Source of the DNA: Flavihumibacter sp.
GTDB lineage: Bacteria > Bacteroidota > Bacteroidia > Chitinophagales > Chitinophagaceae
DNA length: 64,000 nucleotides
Assembly (NCBI GenBank): GCA_039811405.1
Contig: JBDHYM010000001.1
Coordinates: forward strand, 6,414 to 70,413
Reading direction: 5' to 3'
Part shown: piece by piece, positions 21,501 to 30,472 of the stretch
How the letters are laid out: the number at the start of each line of letters is the position of its first letter
Position numbering within the stretch: the stretch's first letter is position 1
Program-made: the position numbers and the translations under genes
The notes under the pieces: generated by a model
What the model was told of the DNA's origin: nothing
Database searches by the model: none
What the model saw: only the letters and a program-made list of their open reading frames with translations

Positions 21501-21942
21501 TTACCTGCAGGGTATCGGTATCCGGATCAAGAAACATCCACTCGGGAAAAACCATATTCAGCTGATCGATGTTTTTCTGCAGCGAAAAAAATGCCTGCGG
21601 GTCCCAGTCCACGTAAAAAGCCGCACGTACCAGCCCCGACCCCATTCTGCGCCTGGCAGCCAGTTGGCTGTTTTTATAACGCGCCTGCAGGAAATCGTTA
21701 AAGCCTTTGTATTTCTTTAACTCTTTGGCAGAAAAAACCGGGGGCAAAGCGGGGTGTAATAAAGGGTGTGCTATGCTGTCGCCGCTTTGAAGGGCAGGCA
21801 ACGGGGTGGAAATACCCTGGTATAAGGTGAGGATGGCTACCGGTATCATCAATATAACAATGAACAACACAAAGCGGGAAGCCCATTGAAAACGGCGCCA
21901 CCGGCGTACTGAATCGGTGGCAAAAATCTGCTTATCGGCCAT
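18562..21942 (-). CDS. GH18 + polysaccharide deacetylase (CE4/NodB) + GT2 glycosyltransferase fusion (PgaC/IcaA-like synthase)
   Basis: GINIDFE (GH18); SFDDGP, HTFTH, FRAPY, LLHDAG (NodB); DDGS, DAD, LAED, QRFRW (processive GT2); TM helices. Start placed at ATG 21942 (track start 21963). Confidence 0.92.
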   Translation of the reverse strand: MADKQIFATDSVRRWRRFQWASRFVLFIVILMIPVAILTLYQGISTPLPALQSGDSIAHPLLHPALPPVFSAKELKKYKGFNDFLQARYKNSQLAARRRMGSGLVRAAFYVDWDPQAFFSLQKNIDQLNMVFPEWMFLDPDTDTLQVKVDSSALAVMRSAKIRVLPMVSNVNDALGEGTFDGNMLHRLLHNPAKKERFINDLLNAMERYHFQGINIDFEELKEQSDEPLIAFQHELFQKFHAKGLLVTQDVMAGNSDFNYKRLSACNDYMVLMAYDEHFSTSTPGAVGSQQWIEKMLDEAAADIPSDKIILGVAGYGYDWSDGAEATTVTYQQALANAAQYKATIHFDNHTYSNSYRYSDGDGRQHQVFFNDAAGNFNTLRFADEYGVAGTALWRLGSEDERLWKFYSRNLGNDSLQAHPFSMARLEKVQTPVQTPDYIGDGEVLNVITAPQPGLLHIEVDSTEQLIAEEQYLQLPTRYVIRKYGNVNNQVILSFDDGPDADYTPKILDILRREKVPAVFFVVGLEAEKNLPLLKRIYQEGHEIGNHTFTHPNIAAIGTERAINEMETTRLLIEAVTGHSTVLFRAPYNADSEPTSEVELKPIAISRQKNYYTVGESIDPNDWETGVTADSIYKRVVDQYEANPAKGIILLHDAGGNREATVQALPRIIAYFKSRHIGFTTVANLLHTDKAAIMPPAPKQWVPLNIGLVRFWYWTQLFLTGAFWTAIVLGLARILLLGIMALIQRNRKKAPAALPATLPLVSILVPAYNESLNAVNTVRALLQQDYPNLEIVFVDDGSADDTYARVRTAFGHDPRVQVLTKPNGGKASALNLGITKSKGDYLVCIDADTQLRHDAVRQLITCFFRPAEKPVGAVAGNVKVGNERNLITRWQSIEYTTAQNFDRRAFDLVNGITVVPGAIGAFQKQAVVNAGCFTTDTLAEDCDLTIRLLRNGYRIVNCNEAVAVTEAPETLSQFLRQRFRWSYGIMQAFWKNKDACFNPRYGALGMLALPNIFLFQLLLPLLAPLADLMLVVSLVWNRHDPQSMHKIALFYGLFLLVDVFVSVLAFSFEKERMYKLVWLIPQRFVYRQLMYYTLFRSLRKAIKGEGQGWGVLTRTGNVKNVALPHL

Positions 21943-22187
21943 AACAAAGGTTTGACGATACAAAGCTGGTATAATATCACCATCCGACAGGGGCCTTGTC
22001 GCTCAACAGGCAAAAGCGGTCGGTAAAAAGCAACCCTGCATTCACCGACCGAAAAACCCGGATTGCCGATTCAAAGATCAAAACGGGCGATATGCCATCG
22101 TGTGGCGCAAAACCCTGCGGTAGTTTTAGGTCGACAAAAACATTAACCCGCTTTACAAAAGCATTCACCTTCTTAAAAGATATCAAT

Positions 22188-22775
22188 ATGAAAAGGTTAG
22201 TACTTCTTTCCGCCGCCCTGCTTGCCATAGCAGGCGCCAGCCAGGCCCAGACAACCGCTTCCTCAGGCGGAAAATCCACGCAGGCCGTTGCCGCAAACCA
22301 GCCATCGGCTAAAGTCAAAAAACAGGAAAGAAAAGAGATCCGTCAACTCGAAGGCAGGGAAGTTTCTTCTCTTTCGAAAAACAATTTCGCCTCCGACTTT
22401 CGCGATGCCACCAACGCCACCTGGACGCACGGGAAATATTTCGACGAAGTGACCTTCACCAGCAAGGGCGCAACCCTTACCGCCTACTACGACTATATGT
22501 CGAACCTGGTAGGCACCACCAGCGGCAAGCGCTTTACAGATCTGCCGGCCGCTGCGCAAAAGCAAATCAACAAACAATGGACCAGCAAAGGATATTCCGT
22601 TGACAAAGTGATCATGTTCGACGACAACGAAGAGAACGACACAGACATGATCCTGTACAATAACCCGTTCGATGACGCGGACAATTATTTTGTTGAGCTG
22701 CACAACAACAACCGGAAAATCATCCTCCAGTCAGACATGGAAGGTCTTGTAAGCTTCTTCAAAGAAGTAAACTAA
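22188..22775 (+). CDS. Secreted hypothetical protein (PepSY/BLIP-like repeat character)
   Basis: Start reassigned to ATG 22188 (MKRLVLLSAALLAIAGASQA); F..DF..A.N.TW..EVTF..AYYD..LP...QKQI pattern. Confidence 0.7.
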   Translation: MKRLVLLSAALLAIAGASQAQTTASSGGKSTQAVAANQPSAKVKKQERKEIRQLEGREVSSLSKNNFASDFRDATNATWTHGKYFDEVTFTSKGATLTAYYDYMSNLVGTTSGKRFTDLPAAAQKQINKQWTSKGYSVDKVIMFDDNEENDTDMILYNNPFDDADNYFVELHNNNRKIILQSDMEGLVSFFKEVN

Positions 22776-22795
22776 GCGAACCTCCTATCCTGCGC

Positions 22796-22836
22796 ATACG
22801 AAAAGCCGCCGGAGCGCAACCGGTGGCTTTTCGTAT
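22796..22836. terminator. Bidirectional terminator between convergent genes
   Basis: ATACGAAAAGCCGCCGG-N7-CCGGTGGCTTTTCGTAT long stem. Confidence 0.75.
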
Positions 22837-22846
22837 ATATATGCAG

Positions 22847-24091
22847 TTATTTTTTTCCACCCAGCTTACGCACTACCAGCGGCAGGCTCAGCCCCTGCCC
22901 CAGCAACGACAGCAGCACCACCGCTATCGATAAGAAAATGATCTCATTGCGCATGGGAAAATCTTCCCCGCTTTCCAGCGCCACCGGCAGACCGAGCGCA
23001 ATGGCGAGCGACACAATGCCCCGCATGCCCGACCACGTAATGATGAAGCTGGTGCGTGAGTCGAAAAGCGCCTCGGGACTGATGCGGCGTTTGCCCCGAA
23101 AAGCCTTTTGCAAATTGAATTGCTGCAGGAATACGCGGGCCATCCTGATCGCCAGCGCCGCAACGGTAATGACCAGCGCATAGCCGATAAAGGGCCATAC
23201 ATCTTCACCGTGCATCATTTTCAGGACAACGGGAAACTCAATACCTATCAGCAAAAAGATAAAGCCATTGAGCAGGAAAATAATAACGTCCCAGAAATTA
23301 CGGGATTGCGCCTTTATTTTATCGGGGAATTTTTCGCGGCTCAGCCACGACATACCCAGGCCCAGCACTACTACGGCTATTACGCCCGATACACGAAAAT
23401 GTTCTGCCACCAGGTAGGTGACAAAAGGCATCAGGAGCATCAGCCCGATGATGACCAGGTCGTTGTTGCGAAAAAAACGAAGCACCAATGCCAGCACCCT
23501 GGCCAGTATAAAACCTACGAGGAAGCCGCCACCCAATACCAGCAAAAACTGGAGAGCCGCTTTCCAGGTTACAAATGCCACACCGGCAACGGCAGATACC
23601 GCATAGCGGTATGCCACGAGGGCCGACGCATCGTTCACCAGGCTTTCACCTTCAAGAATGGTCACCGTGCTGTGCGGTAATCCCAGTCCGCGGGTAATGC
23701 CCACGGCAGCAACCGCATCGGTAGCGGAAAGAATGGAGCCCAGCACAAAAGCCAATGGCCAGGTCATACCCGGCACCAGGTAATAGGCAACCACCGCTAT
23801 GCCCACAGTGGTGAGGAATACAAGCCCCACAGCCAGCGTACTGATGGTATTGATGTGGGTCCGGAAATCTTTGAACGAAATACTGAAGGCGGCATCGTAC
23901 AAAAGCGGCGGCAGGAAAAGCAGCATGATGATTTCGGGGTTCAGCTCCACGGCAGGCATCTGCGGCATGAAGCCGATGGCCATTCCCACCAACAATAACA
24001 ATACCGGTACAGGGATTTTGATTTTTTCTGCTAAACCCGATACCCCGATCATCAGGGCCATCAGTACCAGTATAAGCGTATAGTTGTCCAT
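22847..24091 (-). CDS. CPA1 family Na+/H+ antiporter (NhaP/YvgP-like)
   Basis: LPPLLYDAA, SATDAVA, EGESLVNDA, SGMRGIVSLA; start placed at ATG 24091. Confidence 0.92.
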   Translation of the reverse strand: MDNYTLILVLMALMIGVSGLAEKIKIPVPVLLLLVGMAIGFMPQMPAVELNPEIIMLLFLPPLLYDAAFSISFKDFRTHINTISTLAVGLVFLTTVGIAVVAYYLVPGMTWPLAFVLGSILSATDAVAAVGITRGLGLPHSTVTILEGESLVNDASALVAYRYAVSAVAGVAFVTWKAALQFLLVLGGGFLVGFILARVLALVLRFFRNNDLVIIGLMLLMPFVTYLVAEHFRVSGVIAVVVLGLGMSWLSREKFPDKIKAQSRNFWDVIIFLLNGFIFLLIGIEFPVVLKMMHGEDVWPFIGYALVITVAALAIRMARVFLQQFNLQKAFRGKRRISPEALFDSRTSFIITWSGMRGIVSLAIALGLPVALESGEDFPMRNEIIFLSIAVVLLSLLGQGLSLPLVVRKLGGKK

Positions 24092-24173
24092 GTTATCGAT
24101 TGACTGCAGCCGGCGGTCCGCTATGATTTGCAATATAAAGTTTAGTTTGCAGTACAATCACCGTGGCTGTTAT

Positions 24174-24800
24174 ATGGATATCGAAATCTTACTTCGTTTT
24201 TTGCTGGCGGCCCTCTGGGGCGGCATCGTAGGCGCCGAAAGAGAATACCATAGCAAGTCGGCCGGCTTTCGGACCATGATCATGATTTCGGTGGGCGCCT
24301 GTTTCTTTACCATCATTTCCCAGAAGCTGGGCGTCGATAACCCCGACCGGCTGGCAGCCGGCATTGTAACCGGTATCGGCTTCCTGGGAGCAGGCGTTAT
24401 TTTCAGGGGCGACGGTCACGTTTCAGGCATTACCACGGCAGCCACCATCTGGACCGTCGCAGCCGTTGGAATGGGCATTGGCGCAGGATTCTATTTCGCA
24501 TCCGGTTGCGCCAGTGTACTGGTGTTGGTTGTGCTGGCCATTCTGCCGGCTATCGAAAGAGGAATCGACCAACTGAATCTCTGGCGAGGCTATACGACAG
24601 TGACGGCGCCCGGAGAAACAACTGAGGCAGATATAAAAGAGGTATTGTCGCGCCATGGCCTGAGCTACTCTATCAGCAGCGAGTCGGTGAGCAGTGATCG
24701 CCACAGCATCACCTGGTTTGTACATGGCCGCCGGAGAAACCACGAGAATTTCGTGGCTGCTATGAAAAAAGACAGCCGGCTATTGCAGTTTTCTTACTAG
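24174..24800 (+). CDS. MgtC/SapB family protein
   Basis: GAERE..KSAGFRT, RLAAGIVTGIGFLGAGVI, GITTAATIW; start placed at ATG 24174. Confidence 0.92.
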   Translation: MDIEILLRFLLAALWGGIVGAEREYHSKSAGFRTMIMISVGACFFTIISQKLGVDNPDRLAAGIVTGIGFLGAGVIFRGDGHVSGITTAATIWTVAAVGMGIGAGFYFASGCASVLVLVVLAILPAIERGIDQLNLWRGYTTVTAPGETTEADIKEVLSRHGLSYSISSESVSSDRHSITWFVHGRRRNHENFVAAMKKDSRLLQFSY

Positions 24801-24817
24801 GCGACCGGCAACAATGT

Positions 24818-26500
24818 TTACAGGTTTCCTTTCCTGAGCTCACTGACGGCATGCCCGGCAGCGCGGGCGGTGAGCGCCATAAAAGTGAGTGAGGGATTCT
24901 GGTTACCGGTAGAAGTCATACAGGCGCCATCAGTAACGAATACGTTTTTGCAGGCGTGCAACTGGTTCCATTTATTCAGTAAGGAGGTAGCCGGGTTCTT
25001 ACCCATCCGAACGCCGCCCATTTCGTGAATATCCAGTCCCGGCGCCTGGTAAGGCGACGACTGTTCAATATCCTTGCAGCCCCCCTTCTCCAGCAGTTCC
25101 GCACCCTGGGTTAAAAAGTCTTTGGTCATCAGCCGGTCGTTTTCGGTATAATCAACTGACACCACGAGTTGCGGAATGCCCCAGGCATCTTTCTTATCGG
25201 CGCTTAACCGCACATGGTTCTCGAAACGCGGAATGGTTTCACCCTGGATACCCATTGAGATATTCCAGGGGCCGGCTTCTGTTTGCGCCTGTTTGAAATC
25301 GGCGCCGAGCGTATCATCACCGAAGCCGCGGCCACGTGCCGCGCTGAAATACATCATATAACCACGCTGGAAGCCGGCATCGGCCTTAAACACATTGCGG
25401 AAGGAAGGTATAAAAGCGGCGGTGGGCCGACGACCAAAATAGTAACCGTCGTCGAAGCCTTCATAAGAAGCGGTGATCTGCCCGATATAGTTGTGAAAGG
25501 CGATATAACGGCCCAGTAATCCGTTGTCGTTGCCCAGGCCGTTGGGAAAGCGGCTGGAAACGGAATTGAGTAAAATGAGGTTGGTATTGAGGCAGGCTGC
25601 ATTCACGAAAATAATCCGTGCAAAATATTCTGTAGCCGCGCCGGTATTGCTGTCGATCACCCGAACACCGGTGGCCCTGGCTTTCTTCTCATCGTAGATG
25701 ATCGAATGCACCACTTTCTCGGTAGCAATCGTAAGATGGCCGGTTTTCTCCGCCCAGGGAAGGGTAGATGAATTGGAACTGAAATAACCGCCGAAGGGAC
25801 AGCCGCGTTCACACAAGCTTCTCGCCTGGCATTGGTTACGCCCCTGCTGATGGTGAACAGCGGTCGGCTTGGTGAGGTGGGCGCAACGTCCTATGATCAC
25901 CTGGCGATCGCGGTAGGCGTTTTTCACCCGCTGCTGTATGTGTTTCTCCACGCAGTTCAGTTCCCAGGGAGGAAGGAATTCACCATCGGGTAAATTGATG
26001 ATACCGTCTTTGTTGCCGCTGATGCCAGCGAAGCGCTCTACATGGCTGTACCAGGGAGCCAGCTCTTCGTAGCTGATCGGCCATTCAACGGCAAATCCGT
26101 CGCGTGCGGGCCCTTCAAATTCGAACCGGCTCCATCGCTGGGTTTGCCGCGCCCACAACAACGACTTGCCGCCCACCTGGTATCCCCTGATCCAGTCGAA
26201 CGGTTTTTCCTGCACATAAGGGTGATCGTTGTCCTTCACAAAAAAATGTTCGGTGGCCTCGCCGAAAGCATAACAGCGCGCTACCACCGGGTTGTCTGCC
26301 AGCGTTTTCTCCGGGAGAACGCCACGATGGGTAAAGTTCCACGGGTGCAGCGTGGCCGTCGGATAATCTTTCAGATGCGTTACCATGCGGCCGCGCTCCA
26401 CCACCAGGGTTTTGAGCCCGGCATCGCACAGCTCTTTGGCGGCCCATCCGCCGCTGATGCCGCTGCCGATCACGATTGCATCGAAAGTATTGTCTGCCAT
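24818..26500 (-). CDS. GMC family FAD oxidoreductase (glycoside 3-dehydrogenase-like large subunit)
   Basis: GSGISGGWAAKEL, GYQVGGKSLLW, Cys cluster CQARSLCERGCP, HEMGG, NPSLTFMA; start placed at ATG 26500. Confidence 0.9.
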   Translation of the reverse strand: MADNTFDAIVIGSGISGGWAAKELCDAGLKTLVVERGRMVTHLKDYPTATLHPWNFTHRGVLPEKTLADNPVVARCYAFGEATEHFFVKDNDHPYVQEKPFDWIRGYQVGGKSLLWARQTQRWSRFEFEGPARDGFAVEWPISYEELAPWYSHVERFAGISGNKDGIINLPDGEFLPPWELNCVEKHIQQRVKNAYRDRQVIIGRCAHLTKPTAVHHQQGRNQCQARSLCERGCPFGGYFSSNSSTLPWAEKTGHLTIATEKVVHSIIYDEKKARATGVRVIDSNTGAATEYFARIIFVNAACLNTNLILLNSVSSRFPNGLGNDNGLLGRYIAFHNYIGQITASYEGFDDGYYFGRRPTAAFIPSFRNVFKADAGFQRGYMMYFSAARGRGFGDDTLGADFKQAQTEAGPWNISMGIQGETIPRFENHVRLSADKKDAWGIPQLVVSVDYTENDRLMTKDFLTQGAELLEKGGCKDIEQSSPYQAPGLDIHEMGGVRMGKNPATSLLNKWNQLHACKNVFVTDGACMTSTGNQNPSLTFMALTARAAGHAVSELRKGNL

Positions 26501-26554
26501 GCTGCGCAATTGATTGTTGCCGGCAATGTACAAATTTGAGCAGACAGTAACACG

Positions 26555-26764
26555 CTACTGCGCCGTAGCCTTTATAAAGCGATAAAAACGGATGCCGTGC
26601 CAGACGACGCTGCCCGCGAGCAGGAGGCAAACAAGCGAGAACACCAGCAACCTGGGCCAACTGCCGGTAATATCATGCTCCGTCATTTTAACCACCAGCA
26701 CAAAAGCGATAAACAGGTGCAGGCAGAAAACGATGATACGAAAGAGAACACGGGTGCTTCCCAT
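26555..26764 (-). CDS. Small two-TM membrane protein
   Basis: 69 aa with two hydrophobic helices, filling the gap upstream of the GMC gene. Confidence 0.5.
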   Translation of the reverse strand: MGSTRVLFRIIVFCLHLFIAFVLVVKMTEHDITGSWPRLLVFSLVCLLLAGSVVWHGIRFYRFIKATAQ

Positions 26765-26829
26765 GGCAGTTGGAGGTTTTGCCGGAATAGACGCAGCGGG
26801 CGTTTTAACAGTTGCATACCGATTTCAGC

Positions 26830-26837
26830 TAATTTTG
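26830..26837 (+). promoter_or_regulatory. Bacteroidota -7 promoter element for fabF
   Basis: TAATTTTG matches TAnnTTTG, 21 nt before the ATG. Confidence 0.55.
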
Positions 26838-26858
26838 CCGGTCAGTAAACATTGAATC

Positions 26859-28103
26859 ATGCTCAGGAGAGTGGTAATAACAGGGCTCGGCGTGGTATCG
26901 CCCAATGGATCAGACGTACAGACATTTTGGGGAAATATCCGGGAAGGTCGTTCTGCGATAGACCGGATCACCCGTTTCGACTGCAGCCTTTTCCGCACCC
27001 GGATTGGCAGCGAAATAAAGAATTTCGATCCATCGGTATTGCTCGATCGCAACACGATCAAGCGTACCGATGTCTTTACGCAGTATGCGCTTTTATGCGC
27101 GGCACAGGCGATCAAAGATTCGGGGTTTGATATTGCGTCCATGGATCCCTTTGAGGTGGGTGTTATCTGGGGCACAGGGCAGGGCGGTATGGAAACCTAT
27201 GAAGAGCAGGTGACCGAGTTCGTGCGGGGCGACGGGCACCCGCGTTTCAGCCCGTTCCTGATTCCCAAATTCCTGCCCAATATGGCCGCAGGGTTTATCT
27301 CCATCATGAACGGGTTCATGGGCATTAACTACACGACCATTTCCGCCTGCGCTACATCGAATTCAGCCATCATGGATGCATTCAATTATATACGGCTGGG
27401 CAAGGCGAAGATCATTGTTACCGGCGGATCGGAGGCGCCGATCACACCTGCATCATTCGGCGGGTTCAGCGCCATGAAGGCAATGAGCCACCGGAACGAC
27501 GAGCCGCAACTGGCGTCGCGGCCTTTCGATATTCATCGCGACGGATTTGTAATGGGCGAAGGAGCGGGCGCCCTGGTGCTGGAAGAATTTGACCACGCCG
27601 TGCAACGCGGCGCCACCATCTATGGCGAAATCGGCGGCGCTGCCATGACAGCCGACGCCTATCACATGACAGCCACGCATCCCGAAGGAAAAGGCGCCGT
27701 GCAGGCCATGCGGCTGGCCCTTCGCGAAGCCGGCGTAAATACGGGTGAGCTTGACTACCTGAATCCGCATGCCACCTCCACGCCGGTGGGTGATCTCTCC
27801 GAAACAAAAGCGATCGCCGCTTTATTAGGCAGCGCCGATAACCAGCTACTGATCAGCGCCACCAAATCGGTAACAGGCCACCTGCTTGGCGCGGCGGGCG
27901 CTGTTGAAGCCATCATTACCCTGATGGCCATGAGAGATAATACAGTGCCGCCCACTATCAACACCACCGAGCTCGACCCCGGCATTCCCGGTAACCTGCA
28001 CATTGTTACCGGAAGCGCCCGCGAAAAAAAGATCCGCGTGGCGCTCAGCAATACCTTCGGCTTCGGTGGGCATAACGCCACTGTTGTATTCAAAAAAGTG
28101 TAA
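26859..28103 (+). CDS. fabF: Beta-ketoacyl-ACP synthase II (stand-alone copy, no acpP adjacent)
   Basis: RRVVITGLG, ISACATS (Cys), NPHATST and TGHLLGA (His-His), FGFGGHN. Confidence 0.93.
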   Translation: MLRRVVITGLGVVSPNGSDVQTFWGNIREGRSAIDRITRFDCSLFRTRIGSEIKNFDPSVLLDRNTIKRTDVFTQYALLCAAQAIKDSGFDIASMDPFEVGVIWGTGQGGMETYEEQVTEFVRGDGHPRFSPFLIPKFLPNMAAGFISIMNGFMGINYTTISACATSNSAIMDAFNYIRLGKAKIIVTGGSEAPITPASFGGFSAMKAMSHRNDEPQLASRPFDIHRDGFVMGEGAGALVLEEFDHAVQRGATIYGEIGGAAMTADAYHMTATHPEGKGAVQAMRLALREAGVNTGELDYLNPHATSTPVGDLSETKAIAALLGSADNQLLISATKSVTGHLLGAAGAVEAIITLMAMRDNTVPPTINTTELDPGIPGNLHIVTGSAREKKIRVALSNTFGFGGHNATVVFKKV

Positions 28104-28105
28104 TC

Positions 28106-29296
28106 ATGTCGCCTGTGCCCGATCGGCTGTATTCTGCGAAGTTTGTTTTGCTCTGCACAAGCTCTTTTTTGTTTTCTTCCAGCTTCAACATGCTTATACC
28201 CGAATTGCCGGCGTACCTGAGCAGCATGGGTGGCGCTTCGTATAAAGGGCTGATCATTGCGCTCTTCACCATTACAGCGGGTATTTCGCGGCCTTTCAGT
28301 GGCAAGCTGACCGATACCATCGGCCGTGTGCCGGTCATGGCAATCGGGTCGCTCGTCTGTTTCGTATGCGGGTTCTTATATCCCGTCATTCATACGGTAG
28401 CCGGCTTTCTTTTTCTGCGCCTGTTTCATGGCTTCTCCACCGGCTTCAAGCCAACCGCCACCGCCGCCTATATTGCCGATATCATACCCCGGCACCGCTG
28501 GGGCGAGGCCATGGGTATTCATGGCATTTGCTTCAGCACCGGCATGGCTATTGGCCCCGCGCTGGGCAGCCTGATAACCGCCAGCCATTCGATCAATATG
28601 TTGTTTTACACTTCTTCTCTGTTTGCGCTGATGTCGATCGTGATTTTGCTGAACCTGAAAGAAACCCATCCGGAGAAACAGCGTTTTCAGATGTCGCACC
28701 TGCGCATCGGCTGGCATGAGATCATCGACCCCCAGGTGCTGCCCGCGGCGATTACCACCTTTGTCGGTTATCTGTCATACGGTGTGGTACTGACCCTGAT
28801 TCCCGACTGGGGCGCCTCGCTGGGTGTTAAGAACAAGGGAAGCTTCTTCATTTATTTTACGCTTGCCTCGCTGCTGATGCGATTTGTGGCCGGTAAGTTT
28901 TCAGACAAAAAAGGCAGGGTGCCAGTATTGAAAACCGCTTACCTTTTCCTGATAGGCGCATCGCTGCTGATTGCCTTTGCGGGCAACCCGCTGCTACTTA
29001 CGGCGGGCGCGCTGGTATATGGCATCGCTACCGGTTTGTTTTCTCCGGCGGTGTCGGCATGGACGGCCGATCTGAGCAGGCCCGACCAGCGCGGTAAAGC
29101 GATGGCCACCATGTATATATCGCTGGAAGCGGGCATCGGCCTGGGAGCGGCCTTATCGGGCTGGGCCTTTGCCGATCACCTGCAAAGGGTACCGGCCATT
29201 TTTATCACTACCGCTGTTGCCACAGCCGCGGGACTTATTTACCTGCTTTTCTACCCTTCAAAAAAGCGGCAAATGCCGCTGGCTGGTCGGTATTGA
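28106..29296 (+). CDS. MFS transporter
   Basis: About 12 TM helices; motif A GKLTDTIGR and GKFSDKKGR. Confidence 0.9.
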   Translation: MSPVPDRLYSAKFVLLCTSSFLFSSSFNMLIPELPAYLSSMGGASYKGLIIALFTITAGISRPFSGKLTDTIGRVPVMAIGSLVCFVCGFLYPVIHTVAGFLFLRLFHGFSTGFKPTATAAYIADIIPRHRWGEAMGIHGICFSTGMAIGPALGSLITASHSINMLFYTSSLFALMSIVILLNLKETHPEKQRFQMSHLRIGWHEIIDPQVLPAAITTFVGYLSYGVVLTLIPDWGASLGVKNKGSFFIYFTLASLLMRFVAGKFSDKKGRVPVLKTAYLFLIGASLLIAFAGNPLLLTAGALVYGIATGLFSPAVSAWTADLSRPDQRGKAMATMYISLEAGIGLGAALSGWAFADHLQRVPAIFITTAVATAAGLIYLLFYPSKKRQMPLAGRY

Positions 29297-30020
29297 TATA
29301 ATCGGCACCCGCATCGAGCAAAGTACGCCAGCAGGCTGCCACGTCGGGAGCATTCCAGAACCTCACTTTTTTCTGGCGGTTATGCGCCGCGCTGATCAGC
29401 GAGTCCACGCGGTGTGCGTCGGCAGGCTGCATCGGGCCGATGCCATTCCAGGTAGACCAGTCGCGGAAATCAGTGCTTATCATCGGTATCCGCGCCCATT
29501 CGGCCTCGGTATATTTCTGACCGAACAGCCCGTCGAACCAGATATAAGCAGGATATGCCCTGAAGTTTTCGGGGGAAGGCCGGTTGCCCGAAATCACGAT
29601 GCGGAGTTTTTTACTACCGGTCAGCGCAGGGTATTCTTTTAGCAGTTCGACCAGGGCGGCCAGCGTGGATTTTGTATCTGATTTAATATCGATCATCAAT
29701 TGCAGCGACCGCGTGCTGTCGGCATAAGGAAACCCCTTGAACCATTTGACAATTTCATTCAGGGGGAGAAGGTATAAAGAATCGAGTTGCTTTTTGGCCG
29801 CCAGTTCCGGCTCGCCGTGTGCCACCAGCAGCACACCATCTACCAGGTGCACGTCTGCCTCGATGGAACCAAAGCCCTGTTGCCAGGCTGCGGTAAAAGG
29901 CGCCGGCTGCCGGTAGTCGTTGTGTGAATGGCCCTGCGGACTATACACCGTATTCACCTGTGCCGGCGTGGTTAACCAGCAAAGGCAAAGCAGGAAAAAA
30001 GGAACCAGCAGCTTATACAT
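29235..30020 (-). CDS. Secreted PI-PLC/GDPD-superfamily phosphodiesterase
   Basis: HSHNDY, GSIEADV, LLVAH, IDIK, RFW, DYINTD. Confidence 0.85.
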   Translation of the reverse strand: MYKLLVPFFLLCLCWLTTPAQVNTVYSPQGHSHNDYRQPAPFTAAWQQGFGSIEADVHLVDGVLLVAHGEPELAAKKQLDSLYLLPLNEIVKWFKGFPYADSTRSLQLMIDIKSDTKSTLAALVELLKEYPALTGSKKLRIVISGNRPSPENFRAYPAYIWFDGLFGQKYTEAEWARIPMISTDFRDWSTWNGIGPMQPADAHRVDSLISAAHNRQKKVRFWNAPDVAACWRTLLDAGADYINTDQPAAFAAFLKGRKAGK

Positions 30021-30463
30021 TATCGGAGCCTTACGTATTTTTCGGTGTTGATGCGGTCGATACCCGCACTCTCAATTTTTTCACGGCCGGTCTGAATAAG
30101 CGTGTCGTTGCGGATGGTAATGGTAAAGCTGAAGTCATGCCCTTCCCACTCCCTGTCGTTGCAATATTCGAGGTGCTCGGTGTACTGGTTGCCTTTTAGC
30201 GTATAACGGCCGCCTCCGCTTGAATACAGGGGTTGCGCGCCTTTTCCTTTTTCCATATCGTGCAGGAAAAAAGCAAAGTGGGTGCTGTTGATCACTTTGA
30301 TAAATGATTTCCCCGTGGTGTAGTCGGTTGTTTCAATGTCTTTTCCCGATTCGAGGGTGCCGCTGATCAGCTTCCAGGTGCCGGTAATGGGCAGGGGCTT
30401 CCCGGCAGTGTGGGGTGAAAAGATCGCCAGCAACAGCAGGTGGGTAATGGCTAGTATATTCAT
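30020..30463 (-). CDS. Lipocalin-like (DUF4488-type) secreted protein
   Basis: ITGTWKL, GGGRYTLKGNQYTEHLEY. Confidence 0.75.
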   Translation of the reverse strand: MNILAITHLLLLAIFSPHTAGKPLPITGTWKLISGTLESGKDIETTDYTTGKSFIKVINSTHFAFFLHDMEKGKGAQPLYSSGGGRYTLKGNQYTEHLEYCNDREWEGHDFSFTITIRNDTLIQTGREKIESAGIDRINTEKYVRLR

Positions 30464-30472
30464 CGGTATGCT

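Noticed and set aside
21977-22187. Possible 21-bp-period regulator repeats and CGGTCGGT/ACCGACCG inverted repeat in the divergent spacer; 113-aa minus ORF
   Set aside because: Repeats are too degenerate to support by eye; the ORF overlaps the real plus-strand gene.
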